A DNA stretch of 64,000 bases, taken from the NCBI GenBank assembly GCA_050186725.1, contig JBFWYG010000002.1, positions 5,027 to 69,026 on the forward strand, written 5' to 3'. Positions 39,608 to 48,604 of the stretch are shown piece by piece. Numbering within the stretch: the stretch's first letter is position 1; every line of letters starts with the position of its first letter. The stretch comes from Gammaproteobacteria bacterium (GTDB lineage Bacteria; Pseudomonadota; Gammaproteobacteria; Ga0077536). The translations under genes and the position numbers were made by a program. Below the pieces are notes generated by a model that had not been told where the DNA came from, ran no database searches, and saw only the letters and a list, made by a program, of their open reading frames with translations.

Positions 39608-40759
39608 ATGGCCGCGAACCAGTCCGCCGCGCCGATCATCATCAAGAAGATCAAGAAGGGCGGCCATGGGCACCATGGCGGCGCCTGGAAGGTCGCGTTC
39701 GCCGACTTCGTGACGGCGATGATGGCCTTCTTCCTCCTGATGTGGCTGATGGCCTCGACCACCGTCGAGCAGCGCGCATCGATCTCGTCCTATTTTAACG
39801 ACCCGATGGCCAAGGTCGGCTTCGACGGCAACGGCGGCGGCAACCCCGCCTTGAACGGCGGCAGCGGCATTCTCACCGGGCGCGGGAAGAATCCCTTCAG
39901 CGGTCAATCCCAAGACGAAGAGAACAGCACCCGCAACGGGCCAGACGTGATGCTCGACGACGAACAGATCGAGCGCGCGCGCATGGTGCAGATGATGGAC
40001 GAGCTGAAGGAGGTGGTGGACGCCGGCAAGGCGCTCAAGGAGTTCGCCGACCAGATCCTGCTCGACATCACGCCCGAGGGGCTGCGCATTCAGATAGTCG
40101 ACAAGGAGAACCGCGCGATGTTCGACCAGGGCAGCGCGCGGCTGCAGCCCTACACCCGCGACATCCTGCACGAGATCGTGAAAGTGGTAAGCGAGGCGCC
40201 GAACCGCATCAGCATCTCCGGCCACACCGACGCCACGCCCTACGCGCGCAATGGCGACTATGGCAACTGGGAACTGTCCGCCGACCGCGCCAACGCCGCG
40301 CGCCGCGAACTGCTGGCCGGCGGGCTGGAGGAGGAGAAGATCGGACGCGTGGTCGGGCTCGGCTCTTCCGACCTGCTGGACCCCAGCCAGCCGCGCGCGC
40401 CCATCAACCGCCGCATCAGCATCGTGGTGCTGCGTGGCGATCATGGCACCGATACCAACCCGGACGGCAGCGCCGACGGCGCCCCCCCGCCGACGGCGCA
40501 AGAAGGCGAAGCGCTGCCCGCGCCCAGTGAAGCCCCCGAGGACGGCGCGCCGCCCGCGGCCGAAACCACCGATGGCGACACCGCGAGTGCGAGCGGCGCC
40601 AGTGAGGCCGCACCCGCGCTGGCGGGCCTGACCAGCGCGGCGAGCGCCGCGGACGCCGCGAGTCGCGCGGTGGCGAAGAAACTCGCCGCCAAGCCCGCGG
40701 CACCGGTCAAGACCAAGGCCAGGACCACCCGGCCGCGCGCCGCCAAGACCAAGGGCTGA
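39608..40759 (+). CDS. motB: Flagellar motor stator protein MotB (OmpA-like) with long Ala/Pro/Lys-rich C-terminal tail
   Basis: N-terminal TM with conserved Asp (FADFVTAMMAFFLLMW), OmpA-like peptidoglycan-binding core (ISGHTDATP...NWELSADRA). About 110 aa low-complexity extension. Confidence 0.8.
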   Translation: MAANQSAAPIIIKKIKKGGHGHHGGAWKVAFADFVTAMMAFFLLMWLMASTTVEQRASISSYFNDPMAKVGFDGNGGGNPALNGGSGILTGRGKNPFSGQSQDEENSTRNGPDVMLDDEQIERARMVQMMDELKEVVDAGKALKEFADQILLDITPEGLRIQIVDKENRAMFDQGSARLQPYTRDILHEIVKVVSEAPNRISISGHTDATPYARNGDYGNWELSADRANAARRELLAGGLEEEKIGRVVGLGSSDLLDPSQPRAPINRRISIVVLRGDHGTDTNPDGSADGAPPPTAQEGEALPAPSEAPEDGAPPAAETTDGDTASASGASEAAPALAGLTSAASAADAASRAVAKKLAAKPAAPVKTKARTTRPRAAKTKG

Positions 40760-40876
40760 TGCGTCTCCGGCGCGCTGCGCGCGCGCCTGGCCAGGCCTCT
40801 CCCGCCGCGCCGCGGGCGCGCGATCCGACGTGCTACACTCGAGGCCGTTCACGCACGCCACACGAGGGAGTCTCAC

Positions 40877-41860
40877 TTGTCGCGCGCCCACTCTGCACGG
40901 ATCGCGCGCGACGATGTCGTCCGCCTGAGCCAGCTCCGCTCGCTGCCCAACCTGGCCAAGCTCAGCCTGATCACAGGCCTGATGACCGGCCTCACCTGGC
41001 TGGCCTGGCACACTGAAGAGGCGCCGCTACGCTGGGCCGCCTACGTCGCCCTCGGCTACCTGTGGATGTCCATCGTGACCTTCATGCACGACGCCGGGCA
41101 CAACACGCTGTGGCCGCGACGCTGGCTGAACACCGCCTTCGGCGTCGTCGCCATGCTGCCGCTGTTCGCCTCGTTCATCGCCTTCAAGCAGGACCACTAC
41201 GAGCACCACCGCTTCAACCGCTCACCGCGCGATCCCGACGCATTCACCATGGGCAAACGCGGTGCGCTCGACTTCGTGCTGTTCTATGCCTACATGGCCT
41301 TCGGCGCGGTGCTGAGCCTGGTGCACTTCAACCTGCTCTACCCCATCGCGCGCTTCAACCGGCGACAGTGGGCCATGCACCTGTTCGAGACAGGCCTCAA
41401 GGTCGTGGTCTACTGGCTGGCACTGGGCTACGCGGCGCGCCACGGCGTGCTCGGCCGCGCGCTCGAAGTGTGGCTGTGGCCGGTGTTCTTCTTCTCGCTG
41501 TTCAATTCCATGCGCTTCATGGCCGAGCACTACGGCACGCCCTGGAACGCCGGACAGATGTCGGGCACGCGCACCATCACCTCGAACCGCCTGCACGCGT
41601 TCTTCTGGAACAACATCAACTGGCACATCGGCCACCACGTGTACCCGAGCGTGCCGTGGTACAACCTGGTGGAACTGCATCACCTTCTGCTCCCGCAGAT
41701 CGAAGCGAGCGGCGCGCTGGTCGACAAGAGCTACGTCGGCGTGTGCTGGCGGGCGCTGCGCGACGGGCCGGAGACGGAGACCCGGCTGGCACGGGCATTG
41801 GCGAAGCGCAGAGTCGCCGAACATGGCGAGTTGAAACCCGCCCTGCAGACACCGTTGTAG
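40877..41860 (+). CDS. Membrane fatty acid desaturase
   Basis: Histidine boxes HDAGH, HYEHH and HIGHHVYP in a 4-TM scaffold. The last 12 codons and the stop are encoded by a REP-A element. Confidence 0.8.
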   Translation: MSRAHSARIARDDVVRLSQLRSLPNLAKLSLITGLMTGLTWLAWHTEEAPLRWAAYVALGYLWMSIVTFMHDAGHNTLWPRRWLNTAFGVVAMLPLFASFIAFKQDHYEHHRFNRSPRDPDAFTMGKRGALDFVLFYAYMAFGAVLSLVHFNLLYPIARFNRRQWAMHLFETGLKVVVYWLALGYAARHGVLGRALEVWLWPVFFFSLFNSMRFMAEHYGTPWNAGQMSGTRTITSNRLHAFFWNNINWHIGHHVYPSVPWYNLVELHHLLLPQIEASGALVDKSYVGVCWRALRDGPETETRLARALAKRRVAEHGELKPALQTPL

Positions 41861-42020
41861 GGCCGATTTCAATCGGCCAGGCACGGCGCACAGACGAAAC
41901 GCCACGCATGGCGGGTTGAAACCCACGCCACAGGTGCCGCCGATGTAGGGCCGATTTCAATCGGCCAGGCACGACGCACGAACGCAGCGCCGCGCATGGC
42001 GGGTTGAAACCCGCCCTACA
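41822..42020. repeat. Array of about 2.5 direct copies of REP-like element family A (about 70-bp unit with two internal palindromes)
   Basis: Unit is catggcgggttgaaacccgccctgcag...gtagggccgatttcaatcggccaggcacggcgca. Copies at 41822-41890, 41907-41978 and 41995-42020 (partial). Confidence 0.6.
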
Positions 42021-43830
42021 GGGAGAACGGGAACACCAGCGGCGTGATGGCGATGGTGGTCGCGGCGACGACCAAGTCGAGGGGAATGCCGAAACGCAGG
42101 AAGTCGGCGAAACGGTAGCCACCGGGGCCGTAGACCATCATGTGCGTCTGGTAGCCGAGTGGCGTGGCGAAGCCGCAGGACGCGGCGATGGTCATGGCGA
42201 CCACGAAGGGCATGTGATCGACCCCCATCACGCGGGCGGTGGCGAGCGCGATGGGGAACATCAGCACCGCGGCCGTGTTGTTGCTGAGCAGTTCGGTGGC
42301 GAGCATGGTGGAGAGATAGACGGTGGCGAGCGCCATCCAGGGCGAGGAAGCGGACATGTTCGCCACGCCGCTGGCCGCTAGCGCCGCGAGCCCGGTCTTC
42401 TGCAACGCCGTGCCGATGCCGATGGTGGTGGCGATGACGATGAGCACCTGCCAGTCCACCGTGCGGCGCGCGGCGTCCGCTCCGCAGCAGCGTCCAAGCA
42501 GCATGGCGACCGCAGCGAGCATGCCGGCGTGCAACATCGAATAGCCGTGGGACTCGAACCAGGGGTGCTGCTCGAAGAGCGTCGCGGCCGCGACCATGGC
42601 GAGGAGGATGCCGAGCGCGAGCGGCGCCTTGTGGCGCGCGAGCGGCGCGGAGTCATCGATGCCCGAGACCAGGAAGAAGTCGCGCGCGTTGCGCTGCTGC
42701 TGGACGAAGGCCGGGCGCGCTTCCACCAGCAGGGTGTCTCCGACCTCCAGCACCACGTCGCCGAGCTTCTGGTAGAGGCGCTGGCCGCCGCGCGCGACGC
42801 CGATCACCACCGCGTTGTACTGGGTGCGGAAGCGTCCTTCGCGAATGCTCTTGCCGAGCAGCGGGGACTGGTCCGACACCACGGCTTCGATCAGCATGCG
42901 CTGCTCGCGCGGCCCGTCGAGCTTGAAGACCTGCTCCGTGGCCGGCGCCAGGCCGCGCATCTTCTGCAGGTCGAGAACCGCGTCGACCACGCCGACGAAC
43001 ACCAGGCGATCGTTCGCCTGCAGACGGAAGCTGGCGCCGACCGCCGCCATCACCTGGCCATCGCGATCGACCTCCGCCAGGTAGCTGCCGGGCAGGTGCC
43101 GCAGGCCGGCCTCTTCGATGCTGCGCCCCGCGATGGGCCCGTCCGGCATGACCAGCATTTCGACCGTGTAGGCGCGCGGGTCACTCTCGTCCCGCAGCGG
43201 CGAGCCACGCTTTGGCAGCAGAACTGGGGCGAGCAGCACGATGTAGGCCAGGCCGGCGAGCGCGCAGGCGAGGCCGACGGGCGAGAGCGTGAAGAAGCTG
43301 AAGCCGCGGTCGACGACGCCCGCCCGCACCGCGTCATTCAGCAGACCCGCGACGATGACGTTGGTACTTGTGCCGATGAGCGTGCACAACCCGCCCAGGA
43401 TGGCGGCGTAGCTGAGTGGCATGAGCAGACGGGACAAAGGGATCTGCAGCCGCCGGCCCCAATCCGACACCGCGGGCAGCATGGCCGCGACCAGCGGCGT
43501 GTTGTTCATGAAGGCCGACAGACCGGCGACCGGCAGCATCATGCGCAGCTGCGCCCCGGCCACGCTCTTCGGCCGACCGAACCAGGCGTTGGCGAGCATG
43601 CCCATGGCGCCCGTGTCGCGCAGCCCGGCGACCGCGATGTAGAGGATCCCCACCGTCATCACGCCTTCGTTGGCGAAGCCGGCCAGGGCCTCCTTGGTGC
43701 CGAGCACCCCGCCGAGCAGGAGCGTCGCGAGCGCGCCGAGCATGACCAGGTCGGTGGCCAGCGAGGTCAGCGCCAGCAGGCCGAAAATCGCGCTGACCAC
43801 CGCGAGCGTGAGCCACGCGTCGAAGCTCAT
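42016..43830 (-). CDS. SLC13/DASS-family anion permease with two central TrkA-C (RCK_C) domains
   Basis: Two transporter halves flank two RCK_C-like soluble repeats. Start taken at MSFDAWLTL. The upstream 36 codons of the ORF are Arg/Pro-rich and non-protein-like. Confidence 0.8.
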   Translation of the reverse strand: MSFDAWLTLAVVSAIFGLLALTSLATDLVMLGALATLLLGGVLGTKEALAGFANEGVMTVGILYIAVAGLRDTGAMGMLANAWFGRPKSVAGAQLRMMLPVAGLSAFMNNTPLVAAMLPAVSDWGRRLQIPLSRLLMPLSYAAILGGLCTLIGTSTNVIVAGLLNDAVRAGVVDRGFSFFTLSPVGLACALAGLAYIVLLAPVLLPKRGSPLRDESDPRAYTVEMLVMPDGPIAGRSIEEAGLRHLPGSYLAEVDRDGQVMAAVGASFRLQANDRLVFVGVVDAVLDLQKMRGLAPATEQVFKLDGPREQRMLIEAVVSDQSPLLGKSIREGRFRTQYNAVVIGVARGGQRLYQKLGDVVLEVGDTLLVEARPAFVQQQRNARDFFLVSGIDDSAPLARHKAPLALGILLAMVAAATLFEQHPWFESHGYSMLHAGMLAAVAMLLGRCCGADAARRTVDWQVLIVIATTIGIGTALQKTGLAALAASGVANMSASSPWMALATVYLSTMLATELLSNNTAAVLMFPIALATARVMGVDHMPFVVAMTIAASCGFATPLGYQTHMMVYGPGGYRFADFLRFGIPLDLVVAATTIAITPLVFPFSL

Positions 43831-44094
43831 GGAGCGGCCATGTCGAGGGCAGGGGTCATGGGAGGGCGCTTTACGCGCGTGCGGTCTTGCGGCTGGAAAG
43901 TCAGGGCGGAGCGTACACGCGCGGCGAACGCTGGGCAATGCGCGCGGCCGTGCTTGCCCGGGCCGACGAATTCACTAAGATGCGCGGGTCGCGCCGTGGT
44001 TGGGGACCAAGGCGCGCCGTCGGCGCGACCTCGGTCGCTCCCCTACCCGCTCACCGACCATGCGCCGCTCATTCACGGCGGCGACGGAAACGAC

Positions 44095-45099
44095 ATGCCT
44101 GTCTGGATCGAAATCCTGCTGATGCTGCTGCTGATCCTGGTGGCCGCGGAAATCTTCACCAACGCGCTGGAACACCTGGGCGAGCAGCTCGGCATCTCGG
44201 AGGGCGTGACCGGATCCATCTTCGCCGCGGTCGGCACTGCCATGCCCGAGAGCATCGTGCCGCTGGTCGCGGTGCTGGCGGGCGGCCCCAACGAACAGAC
44301 CAATATCGAGGTCGGCGTGGGCGCCATCCTGGGCGCGCCGCTGATGCTCTCGACGCTCAGCCTGTCGCTGATGGCGTTCTCGGTGCTGGGCAAGCGCGGC
44401 GCCGCGGGCGAGATGCGCCCGGAACGGGTCGGGCTCAAGCGCGACGTCTGGTTCTTCATGGGTGCGTTCTCGCTCGCGAGCGCGAGCCTCTACCTGCCAT
44501 CCGGCGCCAGTCTCCTGCGGGTCGGCGCGGCGGTGCTGCTGGTCGGCATCTATTTCATGTACGTGATGCTGACCCTGCGCGCGTCCTCGGCCCTGGTGGC
44601 CGACGGCCACGGCACCGAGGCCCACTCCGATCTCTTCCTGGTCAAGGCGCGGCTGCCCGACCATATCGCCACCGCCGCGGTGCAGGCGCTGCTCGGCCTC
44701 GCGCTCTTGATCTACGGCGCCAGGGGGTTCGTGCATGGGATCGAGCATGCCTCTGCCCTGCTCGGCGTATCGCCCCTGCTGCTGTCGCTGCTGCTGGTGC
44801 CGGTCGCGACCGAACTACCGGAGAAGGTCAACAGCATCCTGTGGATTCGACGCGGCAAGGACACGCTGGCCTTCGGCAACATCACCGGCGCTATGGTCTT
44901 CCAGGGCAGCCTGCTCCCGGCCCTCGGCCTTGCCATCACCCCCTGGCGCCCGAATCCCGAGGTGCTGGGCGGCGTCATCACCACCCTGCTTGCGGGCGCG
45001 TGGCTGGTGATGCACGCTCACCGTGGCAGGTTGCAGGTGTGGCACGTCGCCGCGAGCGGCCTGCTGTACGTCGGTTACCTCGCCATCATGCTGCGCTGA
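44095..45099 (+). CDS. Ca2+/cation antiporter (CaCA, YrbG-like) membrane protein
   Basis: Two alpha-repeat regions (GVTGSIFAAVGTAMPE and GNITGAMVFQ) in a 10-TM protein of about 334 aa. Confidence 0.7.
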   Translation: MPVWIEILLMLLLILVAAEIFTNALEHLGEQLGISEGVTGSIFAAVGTAMPESIVPLVAVLAGGPNEQTNIEVGVGAILGAPLMLSTLSLSLMAFSVLGKRGAAGEMRPERVGLKRDVWFFMGAFSLASASLYLPSGASLLRVGAAVLLVGIYFMYVMLTLRASSALVADGHGTEAHSDLFLVKARLPDHIATAAVQALLGLALLIYGARGFVHGIEHASALLGVSPLLLSLLLVPVATELPEKVNSILWIRRGKDTLAFGNITGAMVFQGSLLPALGLAITPWRPNPEVLGGVITTLLAGAWLVMHAHRGRLQVWHVAASGLLYVGYLAIMLR

Positions 45100-45162
45100 G
45101 GCGCGCGGGCGGCACGCAGAGATCCCGGCCATCACCCGCGGCAGCAAGGTCCACAGGCAGGC

Positions 45163-46719
45163 ATGATGATTTTCGATCGCGTGAAATCGCTGGACGCCAT
45201 TCTCGCCACGGCCGAGAAGAAAGCCCTGCACCGGTCCCTCGGCGCCTTCCAGCTCACCATGCTCGGCATCGGCGCTGTGATCGGCACCGGCATCTTCGTG
45301 CTCACCGCGGAGGCCGCGCAGAAAGCCGGGCCGGGCATGATGGCGAGCTTCGTCATCGCCGGCGTGGTGTGCGCGGTGGCGGCGCTGTGCTACGCCGAGA
45401 TGGCGGCCATGGTGCCGGTGTCAGGCTCGGCCTACACCTACAGCTACGCGGTCATGGGCGAGTTGGTCGCGTGGATGGTGGGCTGGGCCCTGATCCTGGA
45501 ATACGCGGTCGCGGCCGGTGCGGTCTCGGTAGGTTGGTCAGGTTACGTGGTCGGCCTCGCCAATCACCTGCTCGGCTGGGACATCCCGCCGGCGCTGGTC
45601 CGCGGTCCCTACGACGGCGGCATCGTCAACCTGCCGGCCGCGGCCATCGCCGTACTCGTGACCTGGCTTCTGGTGATCGGCACGCGTGAGAGCGCGCAGG
45701 TCAACGCCGTGCTGGTGGCGATCAAGGTGGTGGCGCTCGCGGCCTTCATCGCGCTTGCCGTGCCGGTCATCCAGATGGACCACTTCACGCCCTTCGCGCC
45801 GCTCGGCTTCGCCGGCATCTCGGCCGCGGCGGCCTCGATCTTCTTCGCCTATGTCGGCTTCGATGCGGTCTCCACCGCGGCCGAGGAGACCCGCGATCCC
45901 CAGCGCAACATGCCCATCGGCCTGGTAGGCTCGCTGGCCATCTGCACGGTGTTCTACCTGCTGGTGGCTGCGGGTGTGATCGGCAGCGTCGGCGCGCAGC
46001 CGGTGTTCGGCGCCGGCGGCGAACCGCTCTCACCCGGCAGCCTGGCGCTCACCGAGCAGTGCGCCGCCATCGACGACGCCGCGGTGGTGTGCTCCAAGGA
46101 GGCGCTCGCCTGGACGCTGCGCTCCATCGGCTGGGCCCAGGTCGGCAACCTGGTCGGCTTGGCGGCCGGCCTCGCCCTGCCCTCCGTGATCCTGATGATG
46201 ATGTTCGGCCAGACGCGCATCTTCTTCGTCATGAGCCGCGACGGCCTGCTGCCGCAACTCTTCTCGCGCATCCACCCGCGCTACCACACGCCGCATGTGA
46301 TCACGCTCTTGACCGGCGTGTTCGTCGCGCTGTTCGCCGCCTTCTTCCCGGTCGGCAAGCTGGCCGACATCTCGAACAGCGGCACGCTGTTCGCGTTCAC
46401 CGCGGTGTCCATCGCCGTGCTGGTCCTGCGCCGCACCGAGCCTGGGCGTCGCCGCCCCTTCCGCACGCCGGCGGTGACCCTCATCGCGCCGCTCTCCATC
46501 CTCGGCTGCCTGTACCTCTTCTGGTCGCTCGGCGACGAAACCAAGCACATGTTCTATGCCTGGTCGGCGCTGGGACTGGTGGTGTACTTCGGCTACAGCC
46601 GCGCGCGCAGCTTCGCCGGGCGCGGCGTGGTGGATGTGCACGAGGACGACGCCGACACCCCACCGCAGCCGGTGCCACCGCTGCCGGGGGTTCATACGCC
46701 GGGCGGCAAGGACGCGTAG
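45163..46719 (+). CDS. APC-superfamily amino acid permease (cationic amino acid transporter-like)
   Basis: 12-14 TM. FQLTMLGIGAVIGTGIF signature region of APC permeases. Confidence 0.85.
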   Translation: MMIFDRVKSLDAILATAEKKALHRSLGAFQLTMLGIGAVIGTGIFVLTAEAAQKAGPGMMASFVIAGVVCAVAALCYAEMAAMVPVSGSAYTYSYAVMGELVAWMVGWALILEYAVAAGAVSVGWSGYVVGLANHLLGWDIPPALVRGPYDGGIVNLPAAAIAVLVTWLLVIGTRESAQVNAVLVAIKVVALAAFIALAVPVIQMDHFTPFAPLGFAGISAAAASIFFAYVGFDAVSTAAEETRDPQRNMPIGLVGSLAICTVFYLLVAAGVIGSVGAQPVFGAGGEPLSPGSLALTEQCAAIDDAAVVCSKEALAWTLRSIGWAQVGNLVGLAAGLALPSVILMMMFGQTRIFFVMSRDGLLPQLFSRIHPRYHTPHVITLLTGVFVALFAAFFPVGKLADISNSGTLFAFTAVSIAVLVLRRTEPGRRRPFRTPAVTLIAPLSILGCLYLFWSLGDETKHMFYAWSALGLVVYFGYSRARSFAGRGVVDVHEDDADTPPQPVPPLPGVHTPGGKDA

Positions 46720-46732
46720 GCCACACATCGTC

Positions 46733-46752
46733 ATGCCTGCGAAAGCAGGCAT
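46733..46752. terminator. Hairpin with GAAA tetraloop between convergent permease and ettA genes
   Basis: atgcctgc-gaaa-gcaggcat is an 8-bp stem. No T-tract. Confidence 0.3.
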
Positions 46753-46808
46753 CCATGTGCGCCTCAGAGCGCCCGCGCCGCGGACACGGCCTGGGCGGCC
46801 GTCTGATC

Positions 46809-48482
46809 TCAGCGCACCACCGGCTTGAACTTGATCCGATGCGGCTTGTCGGCCTCGTCGCCGAGGCGGCGCTTACGGTCGGCCTCGTAGTCGGCGTAGT
46901 TGCCGGGGAACCACTCCACGTGGCTGTCGCCCTCGAAGGCGAGCATATGGGTGGCGATACGATCAAGGAACCAGCGGTCGTGGGAGATCACCACCACGCA
47001 GCCGGGGAAGTTCAGTAGCGCCTCTTCCAGCGCGCGCAGCGTCTCGATGTCGAGATCGTTGGTCGGCTCGTCGAGCAACAGCACGTTGCCGCCGGCGAGC
47101 AGCACCTTGGCGAGATGCACGCGGTTGCGCTCACCGCCCGAGAGCAGGCCGATCTGTTTCTGCTGGTCCGTGCCCTTGAAATTGAAACGCCCGCAGTAGG
47201 CGCGCGACTGCACCTCGTAGTCCTCGATGCGCAGCACGTCCTGGCCGCCCGCGATCTCCTGGAACACGGTGTTCTTGTCGTTCAAGGTGTCGCGACTCTG
47301 GTCGACGTAGGCGAACTTCACCGTCTCGCCGACACGAATCGAACCGCCGTCCGGCTGCTCCTGCCCGGTCAGCATCTTGAACAGCGTGGACTTGCCGGCG
47401 CCGTTCGCGCCGATCACGCCGACGATGCCGCCCGGCGGCAGGCTGAAGCTCAAGCCGTCGATCAGCAGGCGATCGCCGTAGGCCTTCTTCAGATCCGTCG
47501 CCTCGATCACGACGTCGCCGAGCCGCGGGCCGGGCGGGATGTAGATCTCGTTGGTCTCGTTGCGGCTCTGGAATTCCTTGGACTGCAGTTCCTCGAAGCG
47601 CGCGAGACGGGCGCGGCTCTTGGCCTGTCGTCCCTTGGCGCCCTGGCGCACCCATTCGAGTTCCGCGGCAATCGTCTTGCGATGCGCGGCCTGTTCGCGC
47701 TCTTCCTGCTTCAGGCGCGCTTCCTTCTGCTCGAGCCAGGAGGAGTAGTTGCCCTGCCAGGGAATGCCGTGGCCGCGATCGAGTTCCAGGATCCAGCCCG
47801 CGACGTTGTCGAGGAAGTAGCGATCGTGGGTCACCGCGACCACCGTGCCGGCGTACTTCTCGAGATAACGCTCGAGCCACGCCACCGACTCCGCGTCGAG
47901 ATGGTTGGTCGGTTCGTCGAGCAGCAGCATCTCGGGCTCGGACAGCAGCAGCCGGCAGAGCGCGACGCGGCGGCGCTCACCACCGGAGAGCTTGCTGACG
48001 TCGGCATCCCAGGGCGGCAGGCGCAGCGCGTCGGCGGCCACTTCGAGCTTGCGGTCCACTTCCCAGCCGCCGACCGCGTCTATCTTGTTCTGCAACTCGC
48101 CCTGCTCTTCGAGCAGCGCGTTCATCTCGTCGTCGCTCATGGGCTCGGCGAACTTCATCGAGATCTCGTTGAAACGCTCGAGCAGCTTGATGGTCTCGCC
48201 CAAGCCCTCTTCGACGTTGCCGCGCACGGTCTTGCTCGCGTCGAGTTGGGGTTCCTGCGGCAGGTAGCCGATCTTCAGTCCCTTGAGCGGCGTGGCCTCG
48301 CCTTCGATCTCCTTGTCGATGCCGGCCATGATGCGCAGCAAGGTGGACTTGCCCGCGCCGTTCAGACCGAGCACGCCGATCTTGGCGCCGGGGAAGAAGG
48401 ACAGGGAAATGTCGCGCAGGATGTGGCGCTTGGGCGGCACGACCTTGCCGACCCGGTGCATCTGGAAAACGTATTGAGCCAT
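46809..48482 (-). CDS. ettA: Energy-dependent translational throttle protein EttA (ABC-F ATPase)
   Basis: Two ABC cassettes ([18 protein letters not shown]; two LSGGE signatures) with an inter-domain linker. N-terminus [29 protein letters not shown] is EttA-typical. Confidence 0.9.
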   Translation of the reverse strand: MAQYVFQMHRVGKVVPPKRHILRDISLSFFPGAKIGVLGLNGAGKSTLLRIMAGIDKEIEGEATPLKGLKIGYLPQEPQLDASKTVRGNVEEGLGETIKLLERFNEISMKFAEPMSDDEMNALLEEQGELQNKIDAVGGWEVDRKLEVAADALRLPPWDADVSKLSGGERRRVALCRLLLSEPEMLLLDEPTNHLDAESVAWLERYLEKYAGTVVAVTHDRYFLDNVAGWILELDRGHGIPWQGNYSSWLEQKEARLKQEEREQAAHRKTIAAELEWVRQGAKGRQAKSRARLARFEELQSKEFQSRNETNEIYIPPGPRLGDVVIEATDLKKAYGDRLLIDGLSFSLPPGGIVGVIGANGAGKSTLFKMLTGQEQPDGGSIRVGETVKFAYVDQSRDTLNDKNTVFQEIAGGQDVLRIEDYEVQSRAYCGRFNFKGTDQQKQIGLLSGGERNRVHLAKVLLAGGNVLLLDEPTNDLDIETLRALEEALLNFPGCVVVISHDRWFLDRIATHMLAFEGDSHVEWFPGNYADYEADRKRRLGDEADKPHRIKFKPVVR

Positions 48483-48604
48483 AGCGGGAAACTTGCAACC
48501 TCGAACACTGGATGAGCCGCGCGCGGTCGCGCGCGACGTCCATGATAGAGGCTTTTAGGGGCTTGTCACTCGCGGCAGTGAGCGCCGCCGCGAGTGACCG
48601 CGGC

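Noticed and set aside
41222-42122. ORFs 41222..41926, 41616..42122 and 56956..57225 encoding peptides with repeated GFNPPCAALRS/PGRLKSAL strings
   Set aside because: They are translations of the REP-A palindromic repeats, not genes.
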